From the NCBI GenBank assembly GCA_010093605.1, contig MU004197.1:1-64000 (forward strand): 64,000 bases of DNA, written 5' to 3'. Below the pieces are notes generated by a model. It was not told the DNA's origin. It saw only the letters and a list, made by a program, of their open reading frames with translations, and did not search any database. Source of the stretch: Lophium mytilinum. Taxonomy: Eukaryota. A program made the position numbers and the translations under genes. Shown one piece after another: positions 25,644 to 38,700 of this stretch. The first letter of the stretch is position 1, and each line of letters begins with the position of its first letter.

Positions 25644-26538
25644 ATTGGGTACGGTTTTCTGCGTTAGATCGAATTAGAGACTGAAACTTCAAAGGCGTTG
25701 ATTTGAGGGAAAAGGAGATCAGGCAATTATCGCGAGCTGACTGGGATAGTACCTTATGTGTTTCGCGAGAGGGATGATTGTGCAGTGGCTGAAAATGAAA
25801 GCAGCTTGTTTGTAAGTTGAAAGATTGACGCTCCAGCGTAACTATAGTGAACAATCGTTGTGTCGGCGTCTGAAAACCACTACTGTAACCTTGAGAGAAA
25901 CGAAAGTTGAGGCCGAGTTTACCAAACAGCGGTGAAGAAGGTAGGTCGTTCTATACGTGGCAGAAATCTCTTTAATTCAGTCGGGGACTCACAATGGCGT
26001 TGGGATGTTTTCAAGAGGTCAGAGCACCTCAGACGGTTGAAAGTGGTTCCCAGAATGGTGGGCACTATACTCTGAGGCACTGTCACAAACCTGGGCACAT
26101 TATCTTTCTATCTCTTCAAGACTTATAGTGATATGGTAAGCACCACAGGAAGCTACCAAGCAGGTAGGCCGAGTGAATGCTCGAGAGACCTCTTTGATCC
26201 TACTTTCCGGCGTTTGAGTCGTCTCGGAACATTGAATTCACCGGAGGACTCTCATACGGTGTTAAGCGAGTTAGCCCCCGGACATCTACCGAGACGCTTA
26301 AACTCGCTTACGCTTCTGCCTGCTGCATGTGAAAGTATGACTAACCATGTTTGGAATTCTCCACGTGCGACTATTTATTGACAACCTTTCCCGCTCGACC
26401 TCGCGACTCGCACCCACACCTCTCCACGCCCTATCGACTTGGATTCAGCCAACGAGTAAGTATAAAGTTCCATCTTCGTCATTTGACCATATCCCAGTCA
26501 GCGTACCCTTCCAAAGCTATAACATTCACTCGTCAGCG

Positions 26539-27639
26539 ATGGCGCGTGTCAAAAAACACCGCATGAGCGCCAAGAAGCGCGACGCGAAGAGGCGTCATTA
26601 CGCGACGAACAAGGCCCGAAAGAAGGCTCACCCGCCTCCTACTGACCCGACAGCCGGCCCTAACCCCAATGGCTTCACACAACCAACGACTAGGTACGAC
26701 AGATGCCGCCCAACACTCTTCGTAAACCCGATACTACCTAACCCCCACAGTACCCTCGCCAATGCCTTCCTACCGGGATTGCAGATGCCTGCCAACGACT
26801 ACCTGTCTGGACTACAGGTGCCCACCAACGACCCTTTTTCTGGAATACAGATGCCCACCAACGACTTCTCGTCTAGACTACAGATGCCCACCAACGACTT
26901 CTTGTCTGGACTACAGATGCCCACCAACGACTTCTTGTCTGGACTCCATATGCCCGCCAATGACTTTCTGTCTGGAATGCAACCGGCCGACAATGCCTTC
27001 CTGGATGGACTGCAGGCGCCCGCTTCCGCAGTCACCGTCCAATCTGCCCTAGACGCTCTGTACGACGCTCAGAACGCGATCATGGCCGCTCAATTTGCCC
27101 TGATTCATCCCCAGAGTGGAGTCCCAAACCCACCATATCCGATGGCGCCTCCACCCACGATCCCCTCCGAGCCCGAATTCCCCGCCGAGCCTGAAGTCTC
27201 TCGCGCCGATTCCGGGATGCACGCGGCATTCACCCCCCTTGCTGCTCCGTCTGTCGTCTCCGAATGGCTCTCCGATCTCCCCGGGGATACGTCTGTTACT
27301 GTCCAGGAGAACCAAGCTCAGTGCGGCAAGTGTCAGCTCGAGGGACGCAAATGGGAGACGCATGCGGAGCAAGCTTGCCCGTACCAGACCAAGGAGACGG
27401 TCAAGAAGAAGCGTAAGGTGAAGAATGAGCAACAGAGGAAGAAACAGTTGGAACGGTGGGAGAAGCACAAGGAGAAGAGAAGGGAGGAGCAGAAGATGAA
27501 AAGGGCTGGGAAGTTGATATTGGAGGACATGGAGGACCTGGGAATTCATTTTCCGCCTGACTTCCAGCTTTTCGATGAGGAGGAAATGAAGAAGATCTTG
27601 GAGGAGGAGTTTGGGCCCTCTGGAGTGCCGATGGACTGA
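26539..27639 (+). CDS. Hypothetical nuclear protein: basic N-terminus, 11-aa repeats, CxxC-H-C motif, charged C-terminus
   Basis: ATG at 26539 (MARVKKHR). Possible in-frame intron 26694-26750. CGKC..H....C motif followed by a K/E-rich helix. Confidence 0.7.
   Translation: MARVKKHRMSAKKRDAKRRHYATNKARKKAHPPPTDPTAGPNPNGFTQPTTRYDRCRPTLFVNPILPNPHSTLANAFLPGLQMPANDYLSGLQVPTNDPFSGIQMPTNDFSSRLQMPTNDFLSGLQMPTNDFLSGLHMPANDFLSGMQPADNAFLDGLQAPASAVTVQSALDALYDAQNAIMAAQFALIHPQSGVPNPPYPMAPPPTIPSEPEFPAEPEVSRADSGMHAAFTPLAAPSVVSEWLSDLPGDTSVTVQENQAQCGKCQLEGRKWETHAEQACPYQTKETVKKKRKVKNEQQRKKQLERWEKHKEKRREEQKMKRAGKLILEDMEDLGIHFPPDFQLFDEEEMKKILEEEFGPSGVPMD
26761..27021 (+). repeat. 8 x 33-bp coding tandem repeat (NDFLSGLQMPT)
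   Basis: aacgacttcttgtctggactacagatgcccacc variants in tandem. Confidence 0.92.
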
Positions 27640-28231
27640 TTTGTTGGTCATGAGGGTAAAACGCAGGCTTCGCAGATTGAAGGGCTTCTTGTCGTGATAC
27701 TGAGAAAAGCTTCCCAGCATGGATGGTGTTTCTTGGGGGCGGCTATAGGACCAGTGGGCAGATAGAAGCTTGAAATCCTAAGCTTTTGATACCTACCTGA
27801 CACCGTTAGACGTGCTTCGATGAGTTCAGGTGTCATGTTCATAGGTCTCCACGTCCACATGTGACCGAAATGCTATGACCAGTATTGTTTTTGAGTTTGG
27901 TTGTCATAGATTACCCACGGTATCATCACCCGGTTCTCAGGAAGCATTGGAAGTCGCGAAGAAAGCAGGGGTTTCAAAAATAGGTTTTCATTTAGCCTAC
28001 TAAAGTCCAATTTATCGGTTGAGGAATGAATAGAGTCATAGCTTGTACTATTACCAAATGACAGCCGTAGTATAATCGACAGCCCGTTACCACTATCCGT
28101 CTCGCTCATCACCATGACCAAGGACTTGATATAAAACATGATACTCCAGATCAAGTTCAAACTAGCCACACCGCTCGCAAAGAGAACTAATCGGAATGTA
28201 TGAGGTGGCAGGATACTGAAAGCTTGCAATC

Positions 28232-29442
28232 CTAGTTGCTGGCCCAATGATAATGCTTATCTTGCCGCACTCGAACGTTCTGTTCATCCACCCCAGCCAT
28301 GCCCGCAAAGAGCCATCGGGTCAGGGGCGGGTTCGGAGATTCAACGCGAACAGCGTCAGGGCCCGTGACAGTGCGGAGCAGCTTCAAATCGCAATACGTG
28401 TTGAAGTGATGAGGCTTCACTCTTGACCGACCCAAGCCATTTCCATATGGGAGGCGGACCTCCAGATAGTCGATATGCGGGCACGACGCCAGCAGCTCAA
28501 CTAAATCTGCAGCCGCATCCAGCGGACGGATGAGACGGTCGCGACGGCCGCTACTCCAGACCGGAGACCACCACTCGATCGCGAGGTTCTTGATGTTTTG
28601 TCGGCCAATCTCTCCGATATCTAGCAGCCATTCGCAGGTCGTCTCGATGGTCAGCGAGGTCAGGTCGAATTTCTTGGTCTGGAAAACAAGCTGGCCGACT
28701 TCGACGCGCATTTTCTTGTTCAGACCCAGCAAAGGCCGCGCGCTCCCCAGGTAGAGTTTCTGGAAGTCTCCGGCAACCCAGGTACGTGACTTCATGAGAA
28801 AGCCCGGTATCATAAAGCCACCGTTTTTCCTCGACATGACTGCGCCCCCTCGAGTGCGTTCGCGCGAGAGATTCCACCACGGGTCACGTATAGCTTCGTA
28901 GGTGTCGTCGCTCTTACTGTCCTGTGCCATCAGGATCTTGTACACCATGATGCGGAGCTCCGGTGGCATCTTCATGAAGGGGAACTCGCCCCGCTTGTAC
29001 TCGCTTGCGCGAGCATGAAAGCTCACCATCTTCTCATTCTTGCTGCGGAATAGAGGCTATATGTGAGTTAGAGTCGTTAATATATTTAGGAGACAAGGGC
29101 TGCACTTACGTCGCTCTTGATGTATTGCTTCTCTTGAGTGCCGCTCGTGACAAAGATGTCAATCTCCTTATCGTGAACGAAGCCGATCGTGACTCCAATA
29201 TCGTGACCGTCGCAAAGGACCTGGACTCGCTTTCCGGGGCCTATGATGCATTGAATACCCTCCTCGCCGCGGGGTCGCTGAGTAAATGGTTAGTTTGTGT
29301 CCTGGCGGTAGAGCATAGTCTTTGGATTCTTTCTTACCTTGCCAAGCACGGTGGAGCTGTCAAGTCTCGGTAGAGAGTGCGCTTGCGACAGAGCAGAAAT
29401 GGGGTTCAATGGGGCTCTAATGATCTGGAAAGCATTGGACAT
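28232..29442 (-). CDS. F-box-like (PFxxLPxELRxxIY-type) protein, probably 3 exons
   Basis: FPFMKMPPELRIMVYKIL, WLLDIGEIGRQNIKNL. Upstream exons inferred from GTAAGA/GTAAGT donors near 29338 and 29110. Start position is approximate. Confidence 0.7.
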
Positions 29443-30628
29443 GTTGGTAATTATTGCTGGCTGAAGCAGCTAAGTGTGTATCAGCTTTTTGCCTGGGGTA
29501 GACAAGCTTTCCGAAAATCTCTTACCATGTAGTTCATACCCGCCTCGATCACGTTTGACGTCGCGGCTCCGACAACTTGCAGCTCATGCCGCGCGCTCGA
29601 CCGCTCGCCCTCATGCTGAACCTGGAATGGTTAGCTCTTGATGAGATTGAGTATCTTAATATTAGGGAAAAGGCTTCCTACCATGTGATCATCCGCGTTC
29701 GCCATCATGACGTCGTCAGACGACATCGCGACAGTATAGCGGTCGCTAGGCGAGCTAGGCTGCTGGTCCTCTTGAGTAGTCTGTGAATAGTTAGTCTTCA
29801 GCGAGAGAACTAAAGCGCATGATGGATAGAGAGCTTCCTACCATGTCCCTGGACTTGCGCAAATCTATGGTTACGAAGATCTGAGGAGTGTGGGGCCTAC
29901 TCGAGAGTTGTTATGAGAATTGTTATGAGAGTTGTTATGATTGTGGCTAGGCGCATAATTAGTCTGGCGCATTGCAAAAGTGGAGAGTATATATCCTGGA
30001 GGTGTGCTTACCCAGTAGTTTTCGTTGTCAGCAAGAAACAATGGCTGTGGAAGATGGTGGGTGGGCGTTGAATGGAGGAGGACGGAGGAAGCTTTGGCTG
30101 GATCTTAACATTGACATAGTTTTTTGTGGGCAGGTGAGTAATCGTGTAAGGCGGTCTGTGTTTGCATGTCGGAAACCGATCTCTCGGCGTTGAAGTCTCG
30201 GCGTCGCGTAAGTTGTTACGGGGGTATCCTGATATGTGAAGAGATGTGAATTGGGAGCGATGTTGTCCATGACTTGTGATACCTTCACTTAGTTCAGCGA
30301 GCTGCGGGTATTTCCTTTGTTGAAAGAAAACGAAAGCTTTAAGCCTTCAGACGATCTTTGAAATCTTTACTACAACCATGAAAGAGGTTGCGATATCGCA
30401 GGAAAGCTAATGCTCTAAGGTTTAGATGCTACCAGAGATGTTTCAATGAGCACATTTGCAAATTGTCATGTTTTCATACAGGGTAGGTAAGTTTGGTATA
30501 TCGGTAAATTAAACATAATGAGAGACTAGAACCTTCTGTCGAGTAGTTGGTTGACCATGTTCAAAATGCTTCCCATATTCTCATACCGACCACGGCCAGA
30601 GGTGCGGCCCTTCTAAGGGTCGAGGGAA

Positions 30629-32143
30629 TCAAACAGAGAAAGAATGATACTGCGGCTGCTGCCCTCCATGCATAAGCCAATGCTCCAAAGTCGTATGTTT
30701 TGGACGATCAAATATCCAATACCGCCCAATATTCTGCGTGTCGTACATGGTTGGTTCTAATGCATGGAAGACATCTAGAACATAGGTAGCGCGAAAGACA
30801 GAGCCTTTATTATGAGCAAGGTGTCCGCGGATGCTTAGATCTTGGATGTTGCTCACCGCAATCATGCCTCGTAGGTGCCTGAATATGTCGAGCGGAATTT
30901 GAGGGTGCGGTATCTGAAAGATCATGGCACCCATGCTGATCTGCTTAAGGGTGTTGATGTGCCTACCTACAAAGCAGACAAAAGAGAAGTTATCCAAACA
31001 CATCCAAGCAATGGAGAGCTCTTCAAGATTGGGCTAATGAATGTTCTGCAAAATATCCCGAAACCGCATGGGAGCAACACATCCACCTGCGTAGAAGAAG
31101 GTACGTGTGAATTGAAGGTCCAGGTGCTTGAGGTTTCGCGCGTTAACCAGGAATCTGTGAAGGCCATCTCTAGAAAACTGTCGCGATCGTTGGAGGATTC
31201 TATCATCAATGTCGATGATACTTAGACGAAGTTTGAGCGTCTGGAGTGCGTTGGTAGCTTCCAGCATCTTCTTATCAACCCTTTCGAAGAATCGAAAACT
31301 TAGGTTGTCGGCGTCTAGAACCTTTAGTTTAGTTCCGGCGAAGTGGCATCCTCGCAATAGAGCGAAGAGCTGACGAGACCCAAGGACACTTTGCGGCGCA
31401 ATCATGCTATGGTTCAGTCCATTTGTGGGCCCAGATTGAGATCTTGATATCAGTCGAATGGTGTCGAGCGCGTGCAGCTTGGCGAGGGTTTCCGATATTA
31501 GAGCGGAGTCCCCATGGTTTCGCCACATATCTCGTTGCCACTTGACCAGGGCTGTGAATTCTTCGAGCATGGAGTTATCCTCGGAGCTCTCCTCCGCGTT
31601 AGAGGTGGTATGAGGCCCGATAGGAAAGCCGAACTCCTTCTGAAGGTAGAGAAGGCTATCTTCCACCGGTTGGTCAAACGCGTCCAGGCCCTCGTTATCG
31701 ACATACTTCCAAACATCTACTGTGTGAACTCGGGCTCCAGGGTGGATTTCAACCGAGTCGAGCCAGTCTATCTCTTTCCAGCAAGATATGCATTCACTGA
31801 CCTTTTGACGAACTTGTATGCTCTCTCGGTATGCGACCCAGTCATGTAATTTGTCGTTGATGCAGCGACCATCGTAGACAAAGGATTTGACATTCCTGGT
31901 AAGGGGAGTGGCAATGCATGACAGTGCTTTGAAGCTTCCTGGGAGATTGGATAGAGCGACTTCTAGCTTTAGGTACCTTGCTGCGATAAGGCCGAATCTC
32001 CAGGCTACGAGTCGAAGATGCTTCAAATCTGGCGCATCCAGATGCTCGCACATGAATTCGAGAAGCTTTATCGGCATATCTGCGAGGGTATTGGGTGATT
32101 GATTCCTTGGAAGGGGCTCATTGAGATCTGGGGGTTCCTGCAT
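30629..32143 (-). pseudogene. F-box protein with premature stop
   Basis: LADMPIKLLEFMCEHLDAPDLKHLRLV F-box. TAG at 31036-31034 sits in H*PNLEELSI (W expected), and the frame continues into ORF 30629-31003. Confidence 0.75.
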
Positions 32144-33512
32144 ATTGATAGGTGTGTCCGCTCAGTCGTAATGATATAGCAGGATTCCAGGGAAGCCGAC
32201 GTTCGAGAAAGGTACTTGATGGGTATGTATTGCAACGATCGAGTCTGTGAAGAATGCTATTCCTCAGACGTGGAAGCATTCGTGTCGTTAGCGCTGATGT
32301 GGTTCATTCACGTATGGATAGAAAATCACGTGTGCTCCAGCACTCAAAGATAAAAATAGCTACTAGTCTAGCCAGCCGGATGCCAGTCCTGCTTATGTGC
32401 TATATTGGAAGCTGTACGGCACTATCAGGGGTGGCCTCGCTAGCATGTAATAACCTGCTGGTCGATCCGAGGTTGCCCGATCCGATCTCGAATTACAGCA
32501 GTAGAATAGCACCAAAACCTCAGGGAATTGAGAGCGCGAGACCGCTACCAAGACGACCTCTGCCTAAATCGAAGAAGGTGGATACGCCTGTTCATGGTAC
32601 AAGGGTGGGAAGAAAACCGGAAAGCTGCTGGCCGAGGAAAATGCGGTAGTTGCTGCGACTTCCCTTGGGAATAAACATCTTTCCCCTCCCTTACTCTTTC
32701 CTCTCGCAACGCCATGTAGACCGCAGTTACATTACACCAAAGAGAATATGATAAAGGACGTAGCAATACTGCGACAGGCCGCTAAGAGTAACGGAAACGG
32801 TTCCCAACAAACCTTCCCGTAGCCGTGAAGGCGCAGCGTCGTGATGGACGCCTGAGAACAACCTGTTTTCCAGAAATAGGGTTCATATGAACACGGCATC
32901 GGAATAGCAAGGCACGGACTGTATCTAAAGGTACGACCCTACCCATTGAGGGTCAAGAGATGCTTACCACGGTATTACTACGAAGTCAGAGGTCGAGTTA
33001 GAGTTTCTGGGTCGAAGCTCTCAGCAAGGGTCTTCGGCAAGAATGCCCCGATTCGGTCCTGCCTCGAGATTGCATCCATGATGGACACTCAACCTTGACA
33101 TGCTGCTTTAATACTAAGAGGAAGCCCTTGAATTGTTTAATACTCTATTCATTCATGCTTAATGATTTGAAAGTCCATCTCTCTATAATCTCGAGTCTAT
33201 GATCTATTGTATACTTTTCACAATTCTCTTCAGATGCTATGGCCAGAGCATGTTCAGTCTTCCACCGATCTACACTAATTCCCTTATCTCCAACTCTCTA
33301 CAATTGTCAATTACAAATTACAATCATCCCTAGTTACAGAAGCACAAACGCAGTACTCAATACGGTTAGCACACACACTAACCTCTAGCGTAACGCCGCA
33401 ATCGCCGAAACCTTCATATCTTCACCACCCCTCCGTCTTTCCATCCCGCTCCCCAACTGTCCTCCCACCACTATCAATCCTCCCAAACCAACCCCCCTCA
33501 CCAACCCCCAAA

Positions 33513-34106
33513 ATGGAGATGCTCAAACTCCGCCGCCTCCTCACCACCCCCGACGCCATCCCGCCCGCCCCCACCGACCTCCCCTCTCTCGACGCCCAAG
33601 AGCGCGAGCTCATCTGGCCCTTCTTCACCGCCGACCACGCCTGGTTCATCTGCACCGGCCTGCGCGACATCCTGCACAAAATGAACCAACACGCCGTCAT
33701 CGACATCTCCCTCGTCGCGTCCGACCGCGTGCTCGCACACACCGCGACCAACGGCACGGTGCCCGATAACGATCGGTGGGTGGAGCGGAAGCGGCGCACG
33801 GTGGTGCGGTGGGGGCATAGCAGCTGGTATATGCGGCAGAAGTACAAGGGGGATGAGAAGGCGTTTCGGGAGCGGAGTGGGTTGGGGGAGGAGGAGGGGA
33901 GGGGGTATGCGATTCATGGGGGCGCGTTTCCGGTGAGGGTGAAGGGGGTGGAGGGGGTTGTGGCGGTGGTGGTGGTTAGTGGGTTGAGGCAGGAGATGGA
34001 TCATCAGATTGTGGTGGAGGTGTTGAGAGCGGCGTTGAAGGATGAGAGGGAGGTGGCGGAGATGAGGAAGAAGGGGGTGGAGACGGGGGCGTTGAGGAGT
34101 GGCTAG
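33513..34106 (+). CDS. UPF0303/DUF336 (GlcG/HbpS-like, YBR137W-type) protein
   Basis: FTADHAW, PDNDRWVERKRRTVVRWGHSSWYM, YAIHGGAFPVRVKGVEGVVAVVVVSGLRQEMDH. Confidence 0.9.
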   Translation: MEMLKLRRLLTTPDAIPPAPTDLPSLDAQERELIWPFFTADHAWFICTGLRDILHKMNQHAVIDISLVASDRVLAHTATNGTVPDNDRWVERKRRTVVRWGHSSWYMRQKYKGDEKAFRERSGLGEEEGRGYAIHGGAFPVRVKGVEGVVAVVVVSGLRQEMDHQIVVEVLRAALKDEREVAEMRKKGVETGALRSG

Positions 34107-34386
34107 AGCGTTTGGTGGTTTTAAATTGGGTGGGCTGGGGTTGAGGACGGGTGTGGGATAGAGGGTTGTTGGATGGATTTTGAAGAGCTATGAAATGGGC
34201 TTGCATGAAGTCGGGAAGGGGATCTTGATCGGGTGAAGCCTGGTAGCACAGCATGGCTAACGACTGTTCACGCACAAAACGGAAAAATTGGGCCTCTCAA
34301 ACATCATCGCTAATCAATCGTCCTTTCTAGAGCGTACATGGTACCTCCGTCCACATCAAGAGCGCGACCAAAGGCTAAACCGGATC

Positions 34387-34947
34387 ATGGCATCCTCCGG
34401 GTATATGGACCAACTCAAGAACGGACTAGTCAGCACTGGGGAATTTCGCCCTCTCCCCGAAAAAGGGGAAGATATGTATCAACAAGAGGAGGGGCTGCAA
34501 TTCTCTTCCTTTACATCCGATGACGCTTGGGCCATCTGCAGCGAGTTGCGAGATTTGATAAAGAAACTTCGAACTAAGGGCCCTGCCATCATCGACATCA
34601 CCCTCGAAAATTCCCATCTCCTTGCTCGCGCCATCACCAGCGGAACAGTTCCAGACGCCGACGTTTGGGTTACTCGAAAACGGAACACGGTCCTCCGATT
34701 GGGTCACAGCACGCTGTCCAGTTTTCGTGCGGATGACAGCGCGACGTATGAAATAGGACAGCGCCGCCAGGAATATGCCACTGCCTCAGGCGGGTTTCCG
34801 ATCCGTGTTAGGGGGGTAGAGGGCATCATCGGCGTCATAGTTGTTCATGGGCCCGCTAGATTCCCAAACCATCAGATTATTGTTGAGGTCGTGGAAGCAT
34901 ATCTTTGGGATCGAGCTACAGAAAGGGCAGACGCAGGAAAGAAATAG
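34387..34947 (+). CDS. Divergent UPF0303/DUF336 paralog
   Basis: FTSDDAW, PDADVWVTRKRNTVLRLGHS, GGFPIRVRGVEGIIGVIVV. Confidence 0.82.
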   Translation: MASSGYMDQLKNGLVSTGEFRPLPEKGEDMYQQEEGLQFSSFTSDDAWAICSELRDLIKKLRTKGPAIIDITLENSHLLARAITSGTVPDADVWVTRKRNTVLRLGHSTLSSFRADDSATYEIGQRRQEYATASGGFPIRVRGVEGIIGVIVVHGPARFPNHQIIVEVVEAYLWDRATERADAGKK

Positions 34948-35764
34948 TCCAGAGGCTTGATCACATCTGATGTAAAGCACTGCGTCGAGGAGATGAAGGA
35001 TCGCGGACACCTCGAGGAAGCACTTACCAAGGTAGCTGGAAGTATTGAGCAAGGCTGGCTAATGATGGTTCTTTTGGCACATGTATCCACCATGATGTCC
35101 TGCGCAGGTTATGATTCATGTAATATCAATAACATTTCGGCTCTCTCATATGTTCTATAGAATAGACGTTATCTCTCTAACTTGGGCATCTGCCGATGAT
35201 CTTATTAGCGCTTGACTAGGTTAGTGGGATATCGAATACTGCATATCGACAGCTTTGTGGTGGCTAGATGTTTATTGGAGGCGCAAAAGTTCTGGGGGGG
35301 CGAATAGAATGGAGTGGGAGACGAGGGTATTGGAGAATTGAAAACCAGTACGCCCAAGGTATCAAATCAAAAAGAGACCAATCTTCCTCACTTTTAGTCT
35401 TCCTTTGCTAGTAAAGTTACAGAAGATGTGGTGCTTTCCGAGTCATATCTCGTTCAGGCATCAGCATTATGCTAGCGGCGATCATGAATACGATCTGCAG
35501 CCAAGAACCTCACCCCCGTGAAACCGCCGGGGCGCATTGCACGACAAATCGCAATGTCGCCCCCCATCGCCTCTTCTCTCTCTGCTTACTGCTGTGAGAG
35601 TGCGATCGAGTCGCATTCATTTACTCTAACATTGCCTACCCATCTATCGCATTGCGCCTTATAGAGCGCTCTCTACCACCGCCTCACCTCCGCACCTCCG
35701 CCACCCACCCCCGACCTCGAACCCTCCTCCTCCTTCTCCCTCCTCCGCACCCCATGTCCCGACC

Positions 35765-38700
35765 ATGGCGCGCTCTCTCTCCCGCTCCAGCGACGGCGCC
35801 AGCGACCATGGCGAGCGCCTCGAGCCGCGCCTGCTCCGCGCGACCGAAAACGACGACCTACAATCCCTCGCCGCCGTAATCCACACCGCCAAAGAAACCC
35901 ACAAACTCCACGACAACTTCCTGCGCATCGCCGTAATGCGCGCCGCCGAAAAGAACAAAATCGCCGCCCTCCAATTCCTGCTGAAAGCCGGCGCATCCCC
36001 CAACGGCGCGCCAGGGAAGCCCACCGCCCCGATCCTCAAAGCAGTCGAGAAGAACCACGTCACGATCGTCGGGCTGCTGCTCGAAGCGAATGCGGACCCT
36101 AATGCGGCGGACAAGCAGGGGCGCACGGCGCTGATGATGGCGGCGTGGAAGAACCATTACCACGTACTCAACCTGCTGATCTCGAAGGGGGCGGATGTGA
36201 ATGCGCGGGATAATGAGAGGCGGAATGTGTTGCATAACCTCGCGGCGGACAAGCATTGTAATTGGGGGAAGGATGTGATTGATCTGCTGCTGAGGAGCGA
36301 TGTGTGCATTGATGGCGTGGATGGGTCGGATAATCTGAAGCGCACGCCGCTGCATTGGGCGTGTGTGACTGGGAAGAAGGATCTGGCGGAGTGGCTGCTG
36401 ACGCGCTCGCGGGCGCGGGCGAATGTGCATGCGGTGGAGGTGAGGGAGAAGACGCCGTTGCATTTGGCGGTGAGCCATGATAGGGAGGATATTGTGGATA
36501 TGTTGGTTAGGCGGTTTGGGGCGAGTGTTAATGCGAAGAGTGATGGGGCCTGGACGCCATTACACAACGGGTGCGAGAAGGGGTCGGAGAAGAATGTGAG
36601 GTTGCTCTTGGAAGAGAAGGCAGAGTTGAATGCGAGGTTGCTGAATGGTATGACGCCGTTGCATGTTGCGGCGCAGGCGGGACATTTGGATATTGTGAAG
36701 ATTTTGCTGGAGAGGCCGGGCATTAAGAGGGCGGCGCGAGATAATTTCGGGATAACGCCATTCCTAAGAGCGGCGCAGAATCGGAGAAAGGATATTGTGA
36801 GGTTGCTTGCGCCGTTCAATCACGTCGAGGGAATGAGCCAGGACGCCCTGGGAGCCTGTCAAGGTTTCAATGCGACTATCGTCGAGTTTGGCAATTTTCA
36901 TAATGAGAACAAGGTCAGGAAATGCACAGTATATGGTATGGAGTACCTTTTGAACGTGTCATTCCTTGCTCTTGACTAAATACTAATGCATTTCAGAACT
37001 TCTCTACGGCAAAGATCCAATCAACCATCGGATAGCAGCCGTTAATATTTTGCCTAAGGATAGCAAGGCTACCAACTTCCGATGGATACATTTACCAGCA
37101 AACAATATGGCATGGGTGGAGGCACTTCTCACAAAAGCATTTATCGAAGAGGGAGCTAGCGATGTAGAAGGGTTCAAGGCGTTAGAGAGATCATTCAGCC
37201 ATCAGCATCGGGGACAGCAGATCCATTCGCATTTCATGAGACCGCTTTGCCAGAGCACACCGAGGGCGCCAAAATACGCTGACGAATCTGACTTCTCTGA
37301 TACGCCTTCCGCGGAGGCAGGACCACCAAAGATCGTGATCAACGACCTTGCGCCTTCTAAAACAGATACACGACCTCAGACGCCCGTGAAGGGAGCTGCT
37401 TCAGAAGGAGAAAAAACTGATCGATCTCGAGGCCAAAGCAGCAAAGATACTCCGAAAGGTGGGAAAGAGAAGGGAGAAAAGAGTAAGAAAGCAGCTGCTA
37501 AAGCAGGAAAGAAGGGCGAAAAAGAAACCCCGAGCAAGGAACCTCAGCGACCAAGCCACAATCGCAAACCAAGCCTCGAGTCTCGATTTCTCCGTTCCCC
37601 AGGTTCTCCTGGGCGCAAGGATGCTACTGCAACTGCCCGAGGCAACATCTTCACATTCATGCCATATCTTCATTTCGAAACCGACGGCCGTCGTCAGGAG
37701 ATGCAGCAAGCAATCAATCGCGTCGAGACGCTGAAAAGCAGCGGCTACCGCCCCGTCGCACTCAAGAAAGCCGCCACCTACGACGAGATGCTCATTCGTG
37801 CCCATCTCTCCAGCTCCACAGTCAGCCTGCATGTCCGTCGTACTCTAGATCAGTTCTTCTATCACAACATCGACACTCAAAGCCGCGATCAAGACCAAGT
37901 TGTTTATCGCTACCAGACCCGCACTCGCCAAGCGGCAAACCACAACTCTCACTCTCACCATAAAGACCTCGACGACGACGGTATTGTGGACCCCAAGATC
38001 TTCATGGTCGACCAGCTCTGGATGTGGGTGCTGGGCAAAGACCTCATCGTAACCTCCTTCCCGCAACGATGGCAGCAGCCCAAGAACGACCCCCTCAATG
38101 TCCTCGACGGCGTCATCGAAGACATCAACTCGAAGACCCGCGAGCCTGTCCGCAGCGTATACGACCTCGCTCTCCTCATCACAGGCCGCTGCTCCGGCGT
38201 CTTCGACCGCCACCGCATGGGCGACGAAGAGTACCAATTCCTCGACATGTTCGAGTCCTCCATCGGCAGCGCCACCGACCGCGAGACCGTCCTCTTCAAA
38301 GAATTCAACACCGCCTCCGCCCAAGCCTCCGCCTGGCTGCAGCACCACCGCCGCCCCAACCGCTTCTCCCGCCACCTCGAAGCCACCCACCGCAACCACG
38401 AGCACACGGTGAAAAAAGGCGCCGCCGCCAAGAACCTCGACTGCGCAGACGAATACGACTCCGACTCATCAGCCCGCGAAGAGCGCTTCCGCTACGAAGA
38501 CCCCATGCACGGCCCGCTCTTCGTCGACAAACTCCTCGACATCGGCGCCGAGACCGACCTCCTCGCCGAAACCAAAGACATCCGCGACGAGCTCAACATG
38601 ATCAGCAAAGTACTCGAAGACCAACGCAACGTGCTGCCGGACCTCGAAACCTCGATCCTCGAGATCTTCAAAGAAGAGCACAAATCGCAGCTCGAGATCA

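Noticed and set aside
29903..29941. 3 x 12-bp repeat gagagttgttat
   Set aside because: Ordinary short minisatellite with no further structure.
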